The position numbers and the translations under genes are program-made. A model generated the notes under the pieces. It was given only the letters and a program-made list of their open reading frames with translations. It did no database searches and was not told the DNA's origin. This document shows positions 41,369 to 56,239 of a stretch of 64,000 nucleotides of DNA, piece after piece. Every line of letters begins with the position of its first letter. Positions within the stretch are counted from its first letter, which is position 1. This DNA comes from Octopus vulgaris. Lineage: Eukaryota. The stretch covers positions 18,290,001-18,354,000 of the forward strand of contig OX597832.1 in assembly GCA_951406725.2 (NCBI GenBank), in the 5' to 3' direction.

Positions 41369-41869
41369 TTATCACGACATCTTGTCTGCGGTATAGTTTA
41401 AGAGACTCCCAGAATAAGAATTAGATTTTTACCAAAAATTACTGGGTTCCCTTTTTCCTCTACAACCGTTCATGATTTTGCTCCAGCAAGTCTGCAATTT
41501 AATATCTGAAACAAGAAGAGCATAAAAGATGAAGATGCAATCTGCATCCTACATCACATCTACTCCCCAATATTTAACCCGTTCTACCTTAGACAAGCTG
41601 CCATATTTTCCAGACAGGAGTCGATTCTGTTTTTCGTAGCTCCCCATTTTGTCAAGGCTTCTATATATTCTAAGTCTGATTGCTTGCCATTGTGCCTCAC
41701 ACTCTGTTCCTGTCGTCTACAGACCACCCTTTTAACCAGCACGCTACTAATTTTGTCACTTTGTTACTTTAATACCGATAATGAGAACAACAACAGCAAT
41801 AACAAGAGAAAAAACAACAAGAATAACAGTCATAATATCGATTACTAATATTGGCTCAAAACCACAAAT

Positions 41870-42060
41870 TTGGGGGAAGATATAGTCGATTTGATCGATC
41901 GCAGTCTTTGACTTGTGCGATATTTTATCGATCCCGGAAGGCTGAAAGCCAAAGGTGACCTCTTTGGAATTGGAACAGAGAACGTAAATGGATGTAATAA
42001 AACCAAACGAAGTATTTTGTTCGATATTCTATCGATTCTGGTAATTAATCACCTAAGCAG
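41870..42060 (-). mobile_element. Old diverged SINE A'
   Basis: TTTTATCGATCCCGGAAGGCTGAAAGCCAAAGGTGACCTC resembles the reverse complement of the central domain. Confidence 0.6.
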
Positions 42061-42871
42061 AACTATGAACGTGATAAATATATTAAAACTAAAGGAAAAA
42101 TAGATCAATGATCATTGTAATTTCATGTATTGCTTTGTTGCAATAGAAATAGCATATAAAATCTTCATGGTGTTTCGCAGGTCTTGGGAGACTGACCAGG
42201 AAAGCGAGGTAAAACCCGTAACACATATGTTGCTTCACTACGAGGGAGAGGCTCTGAATACCACGTCACCTTCTGAATGAAAAACCTTATGCAAACGATT
42301 GCAACAGAGTGCAATCCGATAAAGTTATACCAAAACCATGGAGTGTTGTACAAACCGGGTTATGGACTAGGCTTCTAACCAAAGGAAGCCGTTGTCCATT
42401 CAGTGAACTGATGAATGTATCCTTTCGATTTAATTTCACTATCGATGCTCTGGTCAAACTGGGAATAGGTCGTAAGCATGCTTGATGTCATATCACTTAT
42501 GTATCCAGGAAGTGCAAAACACATACATCGCAGCTTCATAAGTTCTAGTAAGATTTCTATAATAACGCCTTCATTTTATAATCTAATCATATACTAATTA
42601 TGTAACAATATAAGTGACTTGCCTAAGGGGTAGTGAAATAGGGTCAAACGGGGAACGACATAGATTGCAAATCCTGACGGTTAAATATACGGCCAAGGAC
42701 CAGATATAGCAGAAAGGTGTAGTGCTCTTCACATACGACCCAACTTCATCTGACCAATCAGCTATGGATAATAGGCTACATTATAACTGTATGCATAATG
42801 TACGTATGTAAATACATAAATATGTACGTACGTATATGTATATAGTTCTATCTATCTATCCATCTATCTAC

Positions 42872-42910
<39 letters not shown>

Positions 42911-42911
42911 T

Positions 42912-42979
<68 letters not shown>

Positions 42980-42985
<6 letters not shown>

Positions 42986-43880
42986 GTGTGTTTGTTTGGG
43001 ATTAAGTCGACAACACTTATAGTAGGGTCATATGCGCACCGTTTGTTGAAAAAACAACACCATGACCCAATTCAATCTGCCAGAAAGGTGGAAACGACAT
43101 GCTGTACTGATTAGCATTCACGGAATCTTCGATACGAACATTTCACAGTGTTTGGGAGTGAAGCTGAGGACAGTGGAGAGGATTCCGAATGTGTTGCATG
43201 AGTCAAATGGTGATTATGAAGGTATGACTTGTAGAATAACTCACTCTCATCCTTCTGATAAAGAAAGAACTCTTTAATTTGTTGGTGAGATCGAGGCCAT
43301 GATTGACAACGATCCCTCAAAGTCAGTCAGGCCCATCACCAGGAATATGGGAGTGTCTGAGTCTCTTATGAGGTAGATAGTGCATGAAGACATTTGGTAT
43401 TCCACATACAAGATGATAAAGGGTTAATCTTTGTACCAAGCCTTCAAGGGCGAGAAAAGACCATGCTACGAAGTGTTTGAGCAAACTCAAGTATCCCCTA
43501 AAACACCCATGCTTTGGTTTTTTTCAGAAGAAAATTTTTCTGCCAGGATCAGATGGTGAACACATAGAATATTCTTTGGCTTGCCGTGTCCCCAAAACAC
43601 ATACCGAGAGTGATAAGAATCAAACATCTAGTCAGCATCATGGTGTTTGGAGCGATCAATAGTGATGGCGGAGTTATGCCCCCTTCCATCTTCTCACATA
43701 GCCTCAGACTCAACACGGAAGCCTAAAATAAGTGCCTGGAGGAGATTGTGGTGGCTGCTGGAAGACCTAAATCTGGTGACAGGACTCTGTACCATGGTAA
43801 AGAAGAAGGAGAAGCCAGTCATGGCTGTCAGACAATTTCTACGACCACTTCACTGACATCTGGCCACCTAACTCCCCAGT
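42980..43880 (+). mobile_element. maT/Tc1-like (DD37D-type) transposase pseudogene
   Basis: MTQFNLPERWKRHAVLISIH...ISQCLGVKLRTVERI (HTH), IDNDPSKSVRPITRNMGVSESLMR, SIMVFGAINSDGGVMPP, QSWLSDNF, IWPPNSP; stops and frameshifts. Confidence 0.85.
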
Positions 43881-44517
43881 AATATATATATTCACACACA
43901 AAGTAAGGCTGGATATCTATTAAGTTAAGTAGGTCTCGGTTTCGTTTTTGATAAGTTTAATCTTCAGCAAGTGTCATTTTTTGCAAGCCTCACATTTATC
44001 CGCGATTTCCGAATGAAATTCAGATCCGGAAACTGGGTAAAATCTTGCCGAATATATTGTGCCACATCGATCCCAAACTGTATGACATTTATATCGGTTT
44101 CAAATGTTGGAGCAAGGCCAGCTATCTTGGAAAGGCGATAATTCGAATACATCGACCCCAGAGTTCAATAATTACTTACTTATCGTCCAGAAAGCATATA
44201 AGGCAAAAACCACCTCGGTTGAATTTGAAATCAAAAGTGAAAAAAAGTGCAGAATGCCACTGTGCATTTTTTCCTGCATGCAAACGATTCTGCCAGCTCG
44301 CCGAGTTGTATCAGATTTATATTTCCGCGGCAAACATGAAGAATACAACTGCATGTGTGAAGCTGAATATTATGCACGAATATGCAATGGCATAAATCTT
44401 TTGTTCATTAAGCAACAGAAATCGCATGAGTTGATTTTTTAACGGAGATTCATTATATTATCGGACGTTACTATCTACATACATATGTGTGTCTATGCGT
44501 ATGTGTGTTGGGGTATT

Positions 44518-44581
<64 letters not shown>

Positions 44582-44585
44582 TATA

Positions 44586-44878
44586 TGTGGAGGCGCAATG
44601 GCCCAGTGGTCGTAGGATCGCGGGTTCGATTCCCAGACCGGGCATTGTAAGTGTTTATTGAGCGAAAACACCTAAAACTCCACGAGGCTCCGGCAGGGGG
44701 TTGGTGGCGATCCCTGCTGTACTCTTTCGCCACAACTTTCTCTCACTCTTTCTTATGTTGGCCTGCTCGCTTAGCCAGCGGGGTGGCGTCATTTGAAAGC
44801 TAAAACAATGCGAAGCGCATTGTGACCAGCGATGTGTAGCAACATCTGATAGCCTTGTCGGTCACGATGATCACGGTG

Positions 44879-44879
<1 letters not shown>
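44586..44879 (+). mobile_element. tRNA(Arg)-like SINE family C, tail type 2
   Basis: TGTGGAGGCGCAATGGCCCAGTGGT...GGGTTCGATTCCCAGACCG; body as in 10146-10537; different tail (GGCCTGCTCGCTTAGCCAGCGGGGTGGCGTC...GGTCACG). Confidence 0.9.
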
Positions 44880-44918
<39 letters not shown>

Positions 44919-45642
44919 GGAGAGAGACAGACGAACAAAGAGACAGATAGATTGATAGATAGATAGATACATACATGCATACATTCATAACACACATACA
45001 TACGTATATAAATAATAGCAGAAAATGTACCGTTGTGTTTGAGAACGTGAAACGTCTATACTCGGGATTCAAACAGCCATATTGGTGAAACGTAAGTCGG
45101 AAGTAAGAAAGAAACATATACGCATCCTTATTTGCTATAAACGTACATACACACACATATACATAGGCGGTCAAACATAAATATATCAATTTGCATGTAT
45201 ATATATATATATTGTCACCCGGTAAAATTTTAAAGTTTAAAGGATTTCGACTGTAAAATTTAACCAAAATTTTGTTTATGTTGTTTATGCGTGGTTTATT
45301 TTAAGTTGTTTATGTAATTATCGAATATCATATATATACTGCCTCTATGTACACATGTAATTTATTTATAAATTTGTGTATGCATGAGCGTATATGTGTG
45401 AATGTGTATATGTATGATTGGAGAAGTGTATATATACGTATATTACTATGTGATGTTTTGTGCAAGTCACTCTCATACAATTACATCTCTTTAATTTTGA
45501 ATGTAATGGATTCTCTTGAAATATATGCATACATATATGTATATATATATATATATATATACATACATACACATATATATATGTATATATATATACATAT
45601 ATATTTATATATATATATACATGAGCACACATAAATACACAG

Positions 45643-45711
<69 letters not shown>

Positions 45712-46220
45712 GAGGAAGGCAAAAAATATACAAAATTAAAATATAATTCAATGCGTTAGATATTTTATATTTTCTTATTACTTACGTTGAATACATATAT
45801 CTTGTGATATCCCGCTAAACAATAATCAAACCGAACATCAAATATTTAAATGTTGTACACATTGAAGCGACCATCATTTTGATAACTGAATTCTCATAGA
45901 AAGACACAGGGAAAAATTGAAGAAGATATATATTTGAAGAAGAAATAGATAGATAGATAGATAAATAAGTAGATAGATAGATACATAGATAGATTAACAA
46001 GATAGAGAGCAAGAGGTATGAGTGGGTTGATTGTAGAATATAAACGGAATCGTAAAGCTTGTGCTGTTTTTGTATTCATACTTACGCTTATGCATTAATT
46101 AATTAAATTTTCATAATTTTCAACAGGATGTTTATTGGATAATCTCATTGAATTATTTTCCCAAAAACATCCCTCATATGAAAATATTAACAGTGTACAC
46201 ATTTGCCGATTATATTACTT

Positions 46221-46282
46221 CAATAATAATAATAGTATTAATAATAACGATGATGATGACGATGATGATGTTGATGATAATG

Positions 46283-46343
<61 letters not shown>

Positions 46344-46347
46344 TAAC

Positions 46348-46385
<38 letters not shown>

Positions 46386-46401
46386 TAATAATAATAATTA
46401 A

Positions 46402-46493
<92 letters not shown>

Positions 46494-46560
46494 TAATAAT
46501 ATTAATGAGGGTAATGATGATGACGATGACGATGATGATGAAGATGATGATAATAATATA
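46221..46560. repeat. (TAA)n/(TGA)n trinucleotide array
   Basis: Direct inspection. Confidence 0.95.
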
Positions 46561-47250
46561 GACGACATCAATACTTCTAAAGATATTTGATATATTTTAT
46601 TAATACCATAGCATTTTTATTTATATTTATATAATTATTTTTGTTCATTTTGCATGTTTTTGTGTCTTTGTTTTTTGGGTTTTTTTAAATTTTTTTTTGG
46701 CTTATCACTTAACCGCTTAAGCAATTCCTGATAAAAGTATTACTTCTTGTTTTGCATTTTTAATTTTTGGTAATTGTATGAGAATGTAGTCTAGTGGAAA
46801 GAATATTATGAATTTGGCTACAATTCTCGTTTCGTTTTAGAGTACAAAACGTCATCAAGAGAGAAATTATTCTTTTTTTATTTTTATTTTTGTTATTAAT
46901 ATTACATTTTATTTTTACGTTTGTTTTATTATGTTTTGTCACATTGTTCTTTTGGTGTCTTCAATGATTTCATTCATATATTAATTTTATTTTATGCCTT
47001 TTATTACGCTGGTCTTGTTTTGTTTATTTTTATTTTTGCGCTCGCATTTTATTGGAGTGCTTCTAAAATAATCATAATATTCGTAGTTATGATAGCTAAT
47101 TGTAAATAACTCCATTTCACTAACACTATGGGATATTTAGCAGAGCTTTTGTAAGGAAAAGCGGAGAATTGAGCAAAAATGCTTCAATACATCGGAAATT
47201 AATTTATACATACGTCTTTAACACCATATAGACGTGTGTGTTAATTGCGT

Positions 47251-47281
<31 letters not shown>

Positions 47282-47576
47282 GCTTCCAAAACCGAACATA
47301 TACGCAGATTTGCACAAACACGCATTAACTTATAGAAAAACGACAATAATTACAACGTCATAAGAGTAACATGTAGGTGTGTGCATATGGGTACACTGTT
47401 GAGTAATAGGGTAAACAAATATATGTAACTAGGTGTATATATATATATTTATATGTTTATGATATGTAAACATATTTATACATGTATAGTGTACATATAT
47501 ATATGTATGTATACATACAGAGACACGCACACGCACACACATATATAGACATACATTTTCTGAATATATACATGTT

Positions 47577-47650
<74 letters not shown>

Positions 47651-48194
47651 CACACATATGTTAGTGTTTATTTAAATATATTATCATACACACGCTGAAC
47701 GACAAGTTTCATGAAAATTAAAATATGTGGGGGAGATCTAACGGCTGTCGCTTGTACACATACCCACAGTCATATGTATGTATGTGTACGTATATATACA
47801 TATATATGGTATGTATGCATATGTTTGTATCCATAGAACTATACAATTAACACGCACAGGCGCACATGTATAGTTACATGCACTTATATACGTATATATA
47901 TATATATATATATATATATTACGCAGTGACTTGTGTTCGAAAGTGTGCTTGCGTGCATATGCGTATGATATCATTGAGTTCAAAGCAGATCATCTAATTA
48001 TTTAATGACTTTCAACTCGAATTTTCAGAACCATTGCTCAATATACTTATAAATATTTTCAGACCCAAAATACGCCGAAGAAGAAGAGTATCTGAAAGGA
48101 AGTCTTGGTAATGAGTGCAAAAACATGCCAAGTTCGCTAATAAAGTATGCGTGTGCGTAGGTTTTTGTGTATGAATATATGAATGTATGTAAGC

Positions 48195-48284
<90 letters not shown>

Positions 48285-48285
48285 A

Positions 48286-48373
<88 letters not shown>

Positions 48374-48375
48374 AC

Positions 48376-48522
48376 CGGAAGGTTTACGAAAATAAGCAAA
48401 AGACGAAGTCAGGTGGAGTACAAACAAACAAATGGATTGGTATGGCGCTCAGGAATAGAAATAGAACAAGTCTTTCACGTTTCAAGCCTACTCCTCTTCG
48501 ACAGAAAGATACACAGAAAAGA
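48376..48522 (-). mobile_element. Family H1 element with HHR-like motif
   Basis: Minus strand 48509-48471: TCTTT-CTGTCGA-A-GAGGAGTAGGCTT-GAAAC-GTG-AAAGA; homologous to 19219-19350. Confidence 0.8.
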
Positions 48523-48800
48523 TATATAACATGCATTCACACATATGCTCGTGTATAAGTGTGGTTCTGTGTCCACATATTGCTATTAATACAAAATGTT
48601 TATTAGACAATATAAAAACTATGTCACAATTTAAACAAAATTGATTGAGTAGTTTTGATACTATTTACGTTAGCACTAGGTTGGTGCATATGTATGTGTG
48701 TGCGTGCGCGTGGGTGTGTGTATATAGGAATATATATGTATACATATATCTATATCTATCTATATATAGCTATGTATATATACGTATATATATATGCACG

Positions 48801-48991
<191 letters not shown>

Positions 48992-49008
48992 GTATGTATG
49001 TATATACA

Positions 49009-49141
49009 CGAGTGGGAGCTGAAAACTTCCTGGCTTCGAGTAAAATGAAATACAGGAGGATCTGTTATGATTTTATTCAACATATTCCCTTCCCATACTC
49101 ACACACGCTTATTGCACCGGTCCTCAGAGTTTCTCTAGTCC
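49009..49141 (-). mobile_element. Mariner 3' terminal fragment
   Basis: TIR-like CGAGTGGGAGCTGAAAACTTCCTGGC next to a TA tract; minus strand ends ...EYVE* (GAATATGTTGAATAA), like the mariner G.YVE C-terminus. Confidence 0.6.
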
Positions 49142-49228
49142 AAGTATATGTACTTGGAAATCTGGCCTTTTGCGATACGCTTATGGCCAGGAACATATCA
49201 GCATCTCCTGAAGCAAATAGAAAACAAG

Positions 49229-49363
<135 letters not shown>

Positions 49364-49371
49364 TATGTAGA

Positions 49372-49597
49372 CAGGGTGTCCCCAAAAGATGTACTCACTC
49401 TTTGACAGACGATTACTAATTCGCAGGAATTAGAACATTAAATATTTGCAAATGACACTCAATAATTCTTTCTTCAGCAATTTATTTTCCTGAATTTGAT
49501 TTAACTTTTTAGGATTGTATGTATATCAATAAACATCTACTTCAAAACAAAATGCATGAGTACTGGGAAGTCAAAGAGTGAGTACATCTTTTCATGG
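49372..49597. mobile_element. Tc1-type MITE
   Basis: Starts CAGGGTGTCCCC; perfect 23-bp inverted repeat AAAAGATGTACTCACTCTTTGAC (49384-49406) / 49570-49592; right terminus eroded. Confidence 0.82.
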
Positions 49598-49789
49598 ATT
49601 TCATTAAGTTTATTTCAAGATTTGTGGCCAATATAGAAAGGACCGGTTTCTAATCTAGATCCAATGTTCCGTCATTGGAATTTCACCTTCAACAACAGGG
49701 TATTTTCGCTTTTATGTATGTATGTACAGATTTGTATGTTGTATGTATGTATTCTTGTGCATATAGTTGCATATCGAGACATGCTAATA

Positions 49790-50142
49790 TATATATTTAA
49801 ATGATAAACATCTGGAAACTTAATAGATTTTTACAGATCCAGTGTTGGATTTGATCTGCAGTCTTCGAATTAGCTTTCTCCTTTCTGGTTTTGAGAAGCC
49901 TAATTTCTCAAGACTGGTGTTTAGCCAGTGTGTTGCATATCCAAGGGCCCCAATAATTACAGGTATAAACCTGAAATTGTAGTGTCGATAGAGTAAACGC
50001 ATCTTTCTCAATAGTGCAGCATAGGTGCTCGCTTTTTCATTGACCTTCACATTTAAGTTAACACCTGCTGGGTAGCTAATCTCCACGACTATGCACAGTT
50101 TCTCTTCTCTATCCCAAATCATTATATCAGAATTATTGTGCA
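49790..50142 (-). mobile_element. R4/Dong-like RLE endonuclease domain fragment
   Basis: HNNSDIMIWDREEKLCIVVEISYPAGVN....VNEK...Y..L...........FIPVIIGALG, a degenerate HNRPDIV...IVEISCP.D.N...EK..KY restriction-like endonuclease signature. Confidence 0.85.
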
Positions 50143-50811
50143 TGTATGTATGTTTGAGTATATCCTTCATATGTATACGAGAGTGTGTGTGTCTAGTGCC
50201 AGTTTTTTTCTATTCTGTACGGTCGGCGATGTACTTTAAGTGATACGTCATATTTGTGTCTCTCGTTGTCCGTCGACAAAGGAGTATGCCCTTGCATAAA
50301 TGTACCTGCTTTATGCTTATATGAGCTTTGTTTTATTCCTCTCTACGTTGCGGTGTTTCTAGCAACGTGAATATTGTGTATGTGTGTGTCATTTAAGATG
50401 TTCCATAAAGGTATATTGCTGCAGAAGCTATATATCTGGGTGTAAGTATATCTGTGCGCATGCACACACCAAACCTACTCTCAGCCTAAGATAAAGTGTC
50501 ACGTACACAAACACATGCTTATGCATATTTATATCTATGAAACTATCTATGGAAGCAAACACACGCTCGCGCGCGCACATACTCTCACTTGTATATACAT
50601 ATATATATACACATAGATATACATACATATATATATAGAGAGAGATGTATATATTTTTATATGTGTATGTATATATAAATACATATATATATAAATATAT
50701 ACATATCTCTCTCTATATATATGTATATCTATGTGTGTATATATATATGTACATATATATATATGTATTCATATGTATATATGTGAGTGTGTGCCTATAT
50801 GTATGTATATG

Positions 50812-50850
<39 letters not shown>

Positions 50851-51950
50851 TTTTTAAGTTTCAGATCAGAGCTACGGCCATATATATGCATGCGTATGTA
50901 TGATGTGTGTCTATGACTGCGTGCGTGAGTAAATGCTCAAGTGTGCGCGGATGAGTGTCTGTCGTCTTAGTATATACGTATATAAGAAACGCTAGCTAGT
51001 CGCTTCAGCGATGTTACCTAAAGTGAATCACTGTATGAATATAGCATGTGCACAGACAGCTGTCTAAGATACTTTACTCTTGGAGTCGGTCGTAAATTAT
51101 CATGCATATATATATATATATAATTCACTCAGCTTTCGTAGCGTATTGCTGATGTAGACTTCGTTCGTCATAAGAGACGGGAAGGGAAGAATTATCTCTA
51201 GTCACAAGTCAGCTTCGGGGACATTCACAATTCCCAGAAATTAACAATCAAAATAACAATCCCTGCAAAAAATGAAAAAAACAACAATGCAAAGATAAGA
51301 AAAAGAATAAAGTCGTATATATACATAAAATATATGTATATATAAATATTTATGTGCATGTGTGTGTTTATATGTATGTATGTCTGTTTGTGTGTGCGTG
51401 CTTGTCTGTATGCGTATAAAATATGTCTTATTATACATATAGAAATTTTAAAAGGTGTAATGGAAAACAGTGGAAAATCGAAGAGTGAATGTCAAATCAC
51501 GTAAACATGAGGAATCAACAGGTGTATCGCGAAGTGGTGTATTTTTAGTTTTGCTTCTTCAGTTCTTTTTTGTTGTTTTGTGTTTACTTATACGGCCCTT
51601 TAAAATATGGTGCTTTTCTGATAAAATTATATATATATATAATGTATGTATGTATATATACATGTATATATTTGTATGCATGTACGTATTTCTATAGAAA
51701 TAAGGAAAGCACCTTTGTTTAAATAACGATCAAATCAAATGGCAGCATGGGAATAATGCAGGTTTCGACTGCTATTTCAAGTATGGTGATATCTCTTACA
51801 TACCCTTATATATAATTCTCATGTATATATATCTATATATATGTATATGTATGTATGTATGTATATGAATATAACTAAAATAATATTACAACAATGCACC
51901 AAGTACTTGAAAAAGCAGTTGATAATATACGACGCTATAGTAAAGCTTTA

Positions 51951-52043
<93 letters not shown>

Positions 52044-52139
52044 ATATATATGTATGTATGCATATATATGTATCCATATATATATATATACTTATTTATA
52101 CTTTAAGCTGACGGTGCTTTGTTTTACAGTATTAATTTT

Positions 52140-52790
52140 TAAGTATAAAATTATAAAATATAATTATAATTAAGGGCTGTGATGTGCTGCTGCCTATACG
52201 CTAATTGTAGATGTCAAATACCTACAATCCACTGTAAATTAGTTTTGTTATGTATAACCAAATGTTTGATGCAAAGTAATTAGCAAGAAGATTTACAAAA
52301 ATTCGGATAATCCTATCTATATCTTAAGATTTTATGCTGTGCAATAGAAATTGCTTTGCCCTCCTTCTTAGAAATACAGAGATAAACTTATAAGCAAGGA
52401 ATACATATACATATACTAATAAATCTAAATGTAGATACCACCATACTCATGCATTTCCCGGTTATACGTTCAATCTACTAGCCCATCTCGCACATGTGGT
52501 TAATGTCAGAAAACATACGGCGTAAATGCAGTCCCGCCGTATAAGGTAATGACTACAGAACGCAAAATTTATTTATACTAATTAATTAAGGATATAATCA
52601 TTAAAATTATTATATCAGTGGCTAGCTTATATAAAGTGATTACATGGGTAAAATTAATTTTTAATTATATAATTACAAAGCATATTTATAATTCAGGGGT
52701 CTGGAATGCCAGCACCTATATGCTAAATGTAGATGTAAAATACCCACAGTACACTTTAATTAAGTTTTCTATTTATAACCTTTAATTTAT
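52140..52790. mobile_element. Diverged relative of the 35272-35851 element (~522-bp period)
   Basis: Imperfect direct repeat ~52160-52260 / ~52685-52781 (CCTATA(C/T)GCTAA(T/A)TGTAGATGT(C/A)AAATACC...TATAACC); internal AATTAATTAAGG...ATCAGTGGCTAGC (~52580-52626) resembles the 35272 repeat; ATGCTAAATGTAGATGTAAAAT resembles ATGCTAGATATAGACGTCAAAT at 35403. Confidence 0.55.
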
Positions 52791-53306
52791 AAGTATATAT
52801 ATTGTACCTATATATATGACTTTATTTGTTTATGTGTGTATCTGCGTGTTTTTGGGCGGGGTATGTATATATGTAAGTATGTATACAATTTACTGTTCCG
52901 TTTAGTTAAGATCAACAAAGAAGTATTCCATACAGTGATTAATGAATATAATTTAATGTACACAGAATAAGGTTGTGTGCTACCAATAATTTCTTGCCTT
53001 GGAGATTCGTATCGAGGCTGAGAAACCTCTTAGAAATGAAGCGTTTTCATAGCTGAATATGCGCACATTCTCTTTAGTTCTATGTATTCAACTATACCAA
53101 ATGATTCTAGGAAATTCGAAATTGTCATTAAATACAAACATATGGGAAAATTCCTTTTGGTGCACTGGATGGCACATATTTCTGAATTTATCTACAACTA
53201 GTTTATTTATGACTTTTGCAATCAAAGAGGACGTAACACTTATTTTCGCTTTTTATATTTTTCTCTTACATCTTTATATATATATATATATACATATATA
53301 CATATA

Positions 53307-53348
<42 letters not shown>

Positions 53349-53551
53349 TACATATATTAATAAATTATAGGGTAGCAAAATATTCTAGAAAACTTCGCCG
53401 CTACCAGCGGTCAAGTGAGAAAGACAAAATAGTCAAAAGACTATGTAATATACATTCAAACATATAAGGCATGATCATAAGATGTGAATCGGATGTCCTA
53501 TTATGGCCATCCCTTATATGTTTGTATACATATATATATATATACACATAT

Positions 53552-53965
53552 AGGTGTAGAAGTGGCTGTGTTGTAAGTAGCTTGCTTACCAATCACATGG
53601 TTCCGTGTTCAGTCCCACTGCGTGGCAACTTGGAAAGTGTCTTCTACTATAGCCTCAGACCTACCAAATTCTTGTGAGTCGATTTGGTAGATGGAACCTG
53701 AGAGAAGCCCGTCGTATATATGTGTATGTATGTGTGTGCGTGTATGTGTGTGTGTGTGTGTGTATACGTTTGTGTGTCTGTCTTTAACTCCCAACATCGC
53801 TTAACAACCGATGGTGTGTTACGACCCCGTAACTTAGCGATTCGGCAAGAGAAACCGCTAGAATAAGTACTAGGTTTACAAAGAATAATCCCTGGGGTCG
53901 ATTTGTTCGAATACAGGCGGTGCTCCAGCATGGCCAAAGTCAAAGGACTAAAAAAAGTAAAAGAG
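53552..53965 (+). mobile_element. SINE family B (full length)
   Basis: Head AGTGGCTGTGTTGTAAGTAGCTTGCTTACC, GTTCAGTCCCACTGCGTGGCAACTTGG, internal (TG)n, tail GGTGCTCCAGCATGGCC. Confidence 0.9.
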
Positions 53966-54678
53966 TATATACACATATATATATATATAAATGCATGTGT
54001 GTATACATTTAAATATATATATATACATGTATACACATATGTACGAATTTGTATATAATACATGTATATATATATATTTATATATGTATTTCATGTATTT
54101 CATGCATACGTATATATGGATGTGTGTGTGCCCGCTTCTAGTAGTCTGTATGCATTTGTGTGGATTGGTGTGTATGGAGTTAAATGTGTGTGTTTCTGTG
54201 TGGGATAATTCGAACGAACATACAATGTGTTTGATTCTGTTGTCAATAAGTCTCTTTATTGTTGGAGGATTCTATTTAAGATTTCAATGCTTAAGATCTT
54301 AGCCTTTTGTTGAGTTACGTTAAAGTCATTCATTGTAGCTTCAGTGTCTCTTCTCGTCTCTCCCACATTCAAAACTACCTGCAATAATGACCAACTGTTT
54401 TTCCCACATTGATAGTCGTAGTGTCTTAACACTACTTTCCATAGCCCACACAGGTTGCCTGACTTTGAAAGATTTTTCAGGTGAGGAGTTAAGGAATGTA
54501 TATTGAAAGTTTAAAGTTGATGAGGTGTAAAGAGGAGCAATTGCCCTGATTTTGAACTGAAATTTATCTTGTGTTATATATTTAATTTCGGAGATAATAG
54601 AATAAACTCATAAAAAAGGAATTATATATATATATATATATACATATATATACATATATATATATATATGTACATGTA

Positions 54679-54720
<42 letters not shown>

Positions 54721-54721
<1 letters not shown>

Positions 54722-54941
54722 CCCACAAAGGGATAAACATAGAGGGGACAAACAAGGACAGACAAACTGATTAAGTCGATTACATCGACCCCAGTGCGAA
54801 GCTGGAACTTTATTTAACGACCCCGAAAGGATGAAAGGCAAAGTCGACCTCGGCGGAATTTGAACTCAGAACGTAACGACTGACAAAATACCCCTAAGCA
54901 TTTCGCCCGGCGCGCTAACGTTTCTGCCAGCTCGCCGCCTT
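54721..54941 (-). mobile_element. SINE family A (near full length)
   Basis: Reverse complement of 2115-2340; inserted in (TA)n. Confidence 0.92.
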
Positions 54942-54987
54942 ATATATATATATATATACATATACATACATAGATATATATATACAT

Positions 54988-55083
<96 letters not shown>

Positions 55084-55752
55084 ATATGTATGCGTGTGTA
55101 TGTATGTAGGTGAGCGAGTGGGCATGTGTGAGTGTATAAGCTTAAGTGTGCTTCGGACAAAAAGTAACCCAGACCGTGTCTAACTGAAAAGCTTCACCTA
55201 ATTTAATGTGTTACGCTCTTACGATGTCAGAGTTTGTACTGTCACGGCCCATTCATATCGGCAGTTGTTGTTCACTAACTTTAACTTTTTCTGCATATCC
55301 CAGATAGCTTGCATGGTACACACTGACACACACAGACACACGCACACACATTCACACAAACACACACATAGAGAAATATCACTTCTATACTGTCCATGAA
55401 TTTTAATTTGTTCCTCTCGTCATTGGTGTATTACGTCATGTACCAGCGTGTTTGCTCGGAAACCTTGGTTTCCCGGAGAAAGAGGAAAGTAAATGACACA
55501 GATCCTCCAAATCCAATCTGTTTTTTGCTCAGACATTCCAACAATTCTCTCGTTGAGATTTTTATGTGAATAGCTGCAAACACTTGGATGCATGAATCAA
55601 CAACACAGTCGAAAAAAACAGAACGAAAATATACTCACTCTATCATATATTTACAAAGCTGGGAACATTCTTACCGAAAGTGTTTTGTCCTTTCGTAAGG
55701 GACTGTCTTGAACTCACTCGAGACGAATTTAAATTAAGCTCAAAGATGAATC

Positions 55753-55863
55753 ATACATACATACATGCATACACATACATACATACATACATACATACAT
55801 ACATACATACATACATGCATACATACATACATACATACATACATACATACATACATACATACA

Positions 55864-55897
<34 letters not shown>

Positions 55898-55908
55898 CAT
55901 ACATGCAT
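55753..55908. repeat. (CATA)n microsatellite
   Basis: Direct inspection. Confidence 0.95.
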
Positions 55909-56239
55909 AAAATCATTCGAAGCGGCATGTCGCGTATTTGAAGTGGGAGACTATTTATTGAAAATACGATGAATATTATCTGCAATTTTGGTGCCACAAC
56001 TATCAGCCTTGTTAAATAACTAGTTAATCTTCAGATGAATTAACTGAGGGAATCTTTTATTCACGATCCTAATGATTTTCCACTGAAACTTGAATTTAGC
56101 ATGCAGAGAGTTACTAGAAACAACATGGCTGGACACTTCAACGACACTATCGAGGAACAGGACGAAAACAATGGCTCAACAGGCAAACAAATTCATTCTA
56201 GCTGTAGCTATTGAAGAAATCGTAACTGCAAAACTCATT

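Noticed and set aside
54256-54480. Possible minus-strand exon (open frame ending ...ILSIEILNRILQQ*, with a TTGCAG acceptor-like site)
   Set aside because: No recognisable protein motif, weak polypyrimidine tract and no partner exons; needs RNA-seq or BLASTX.
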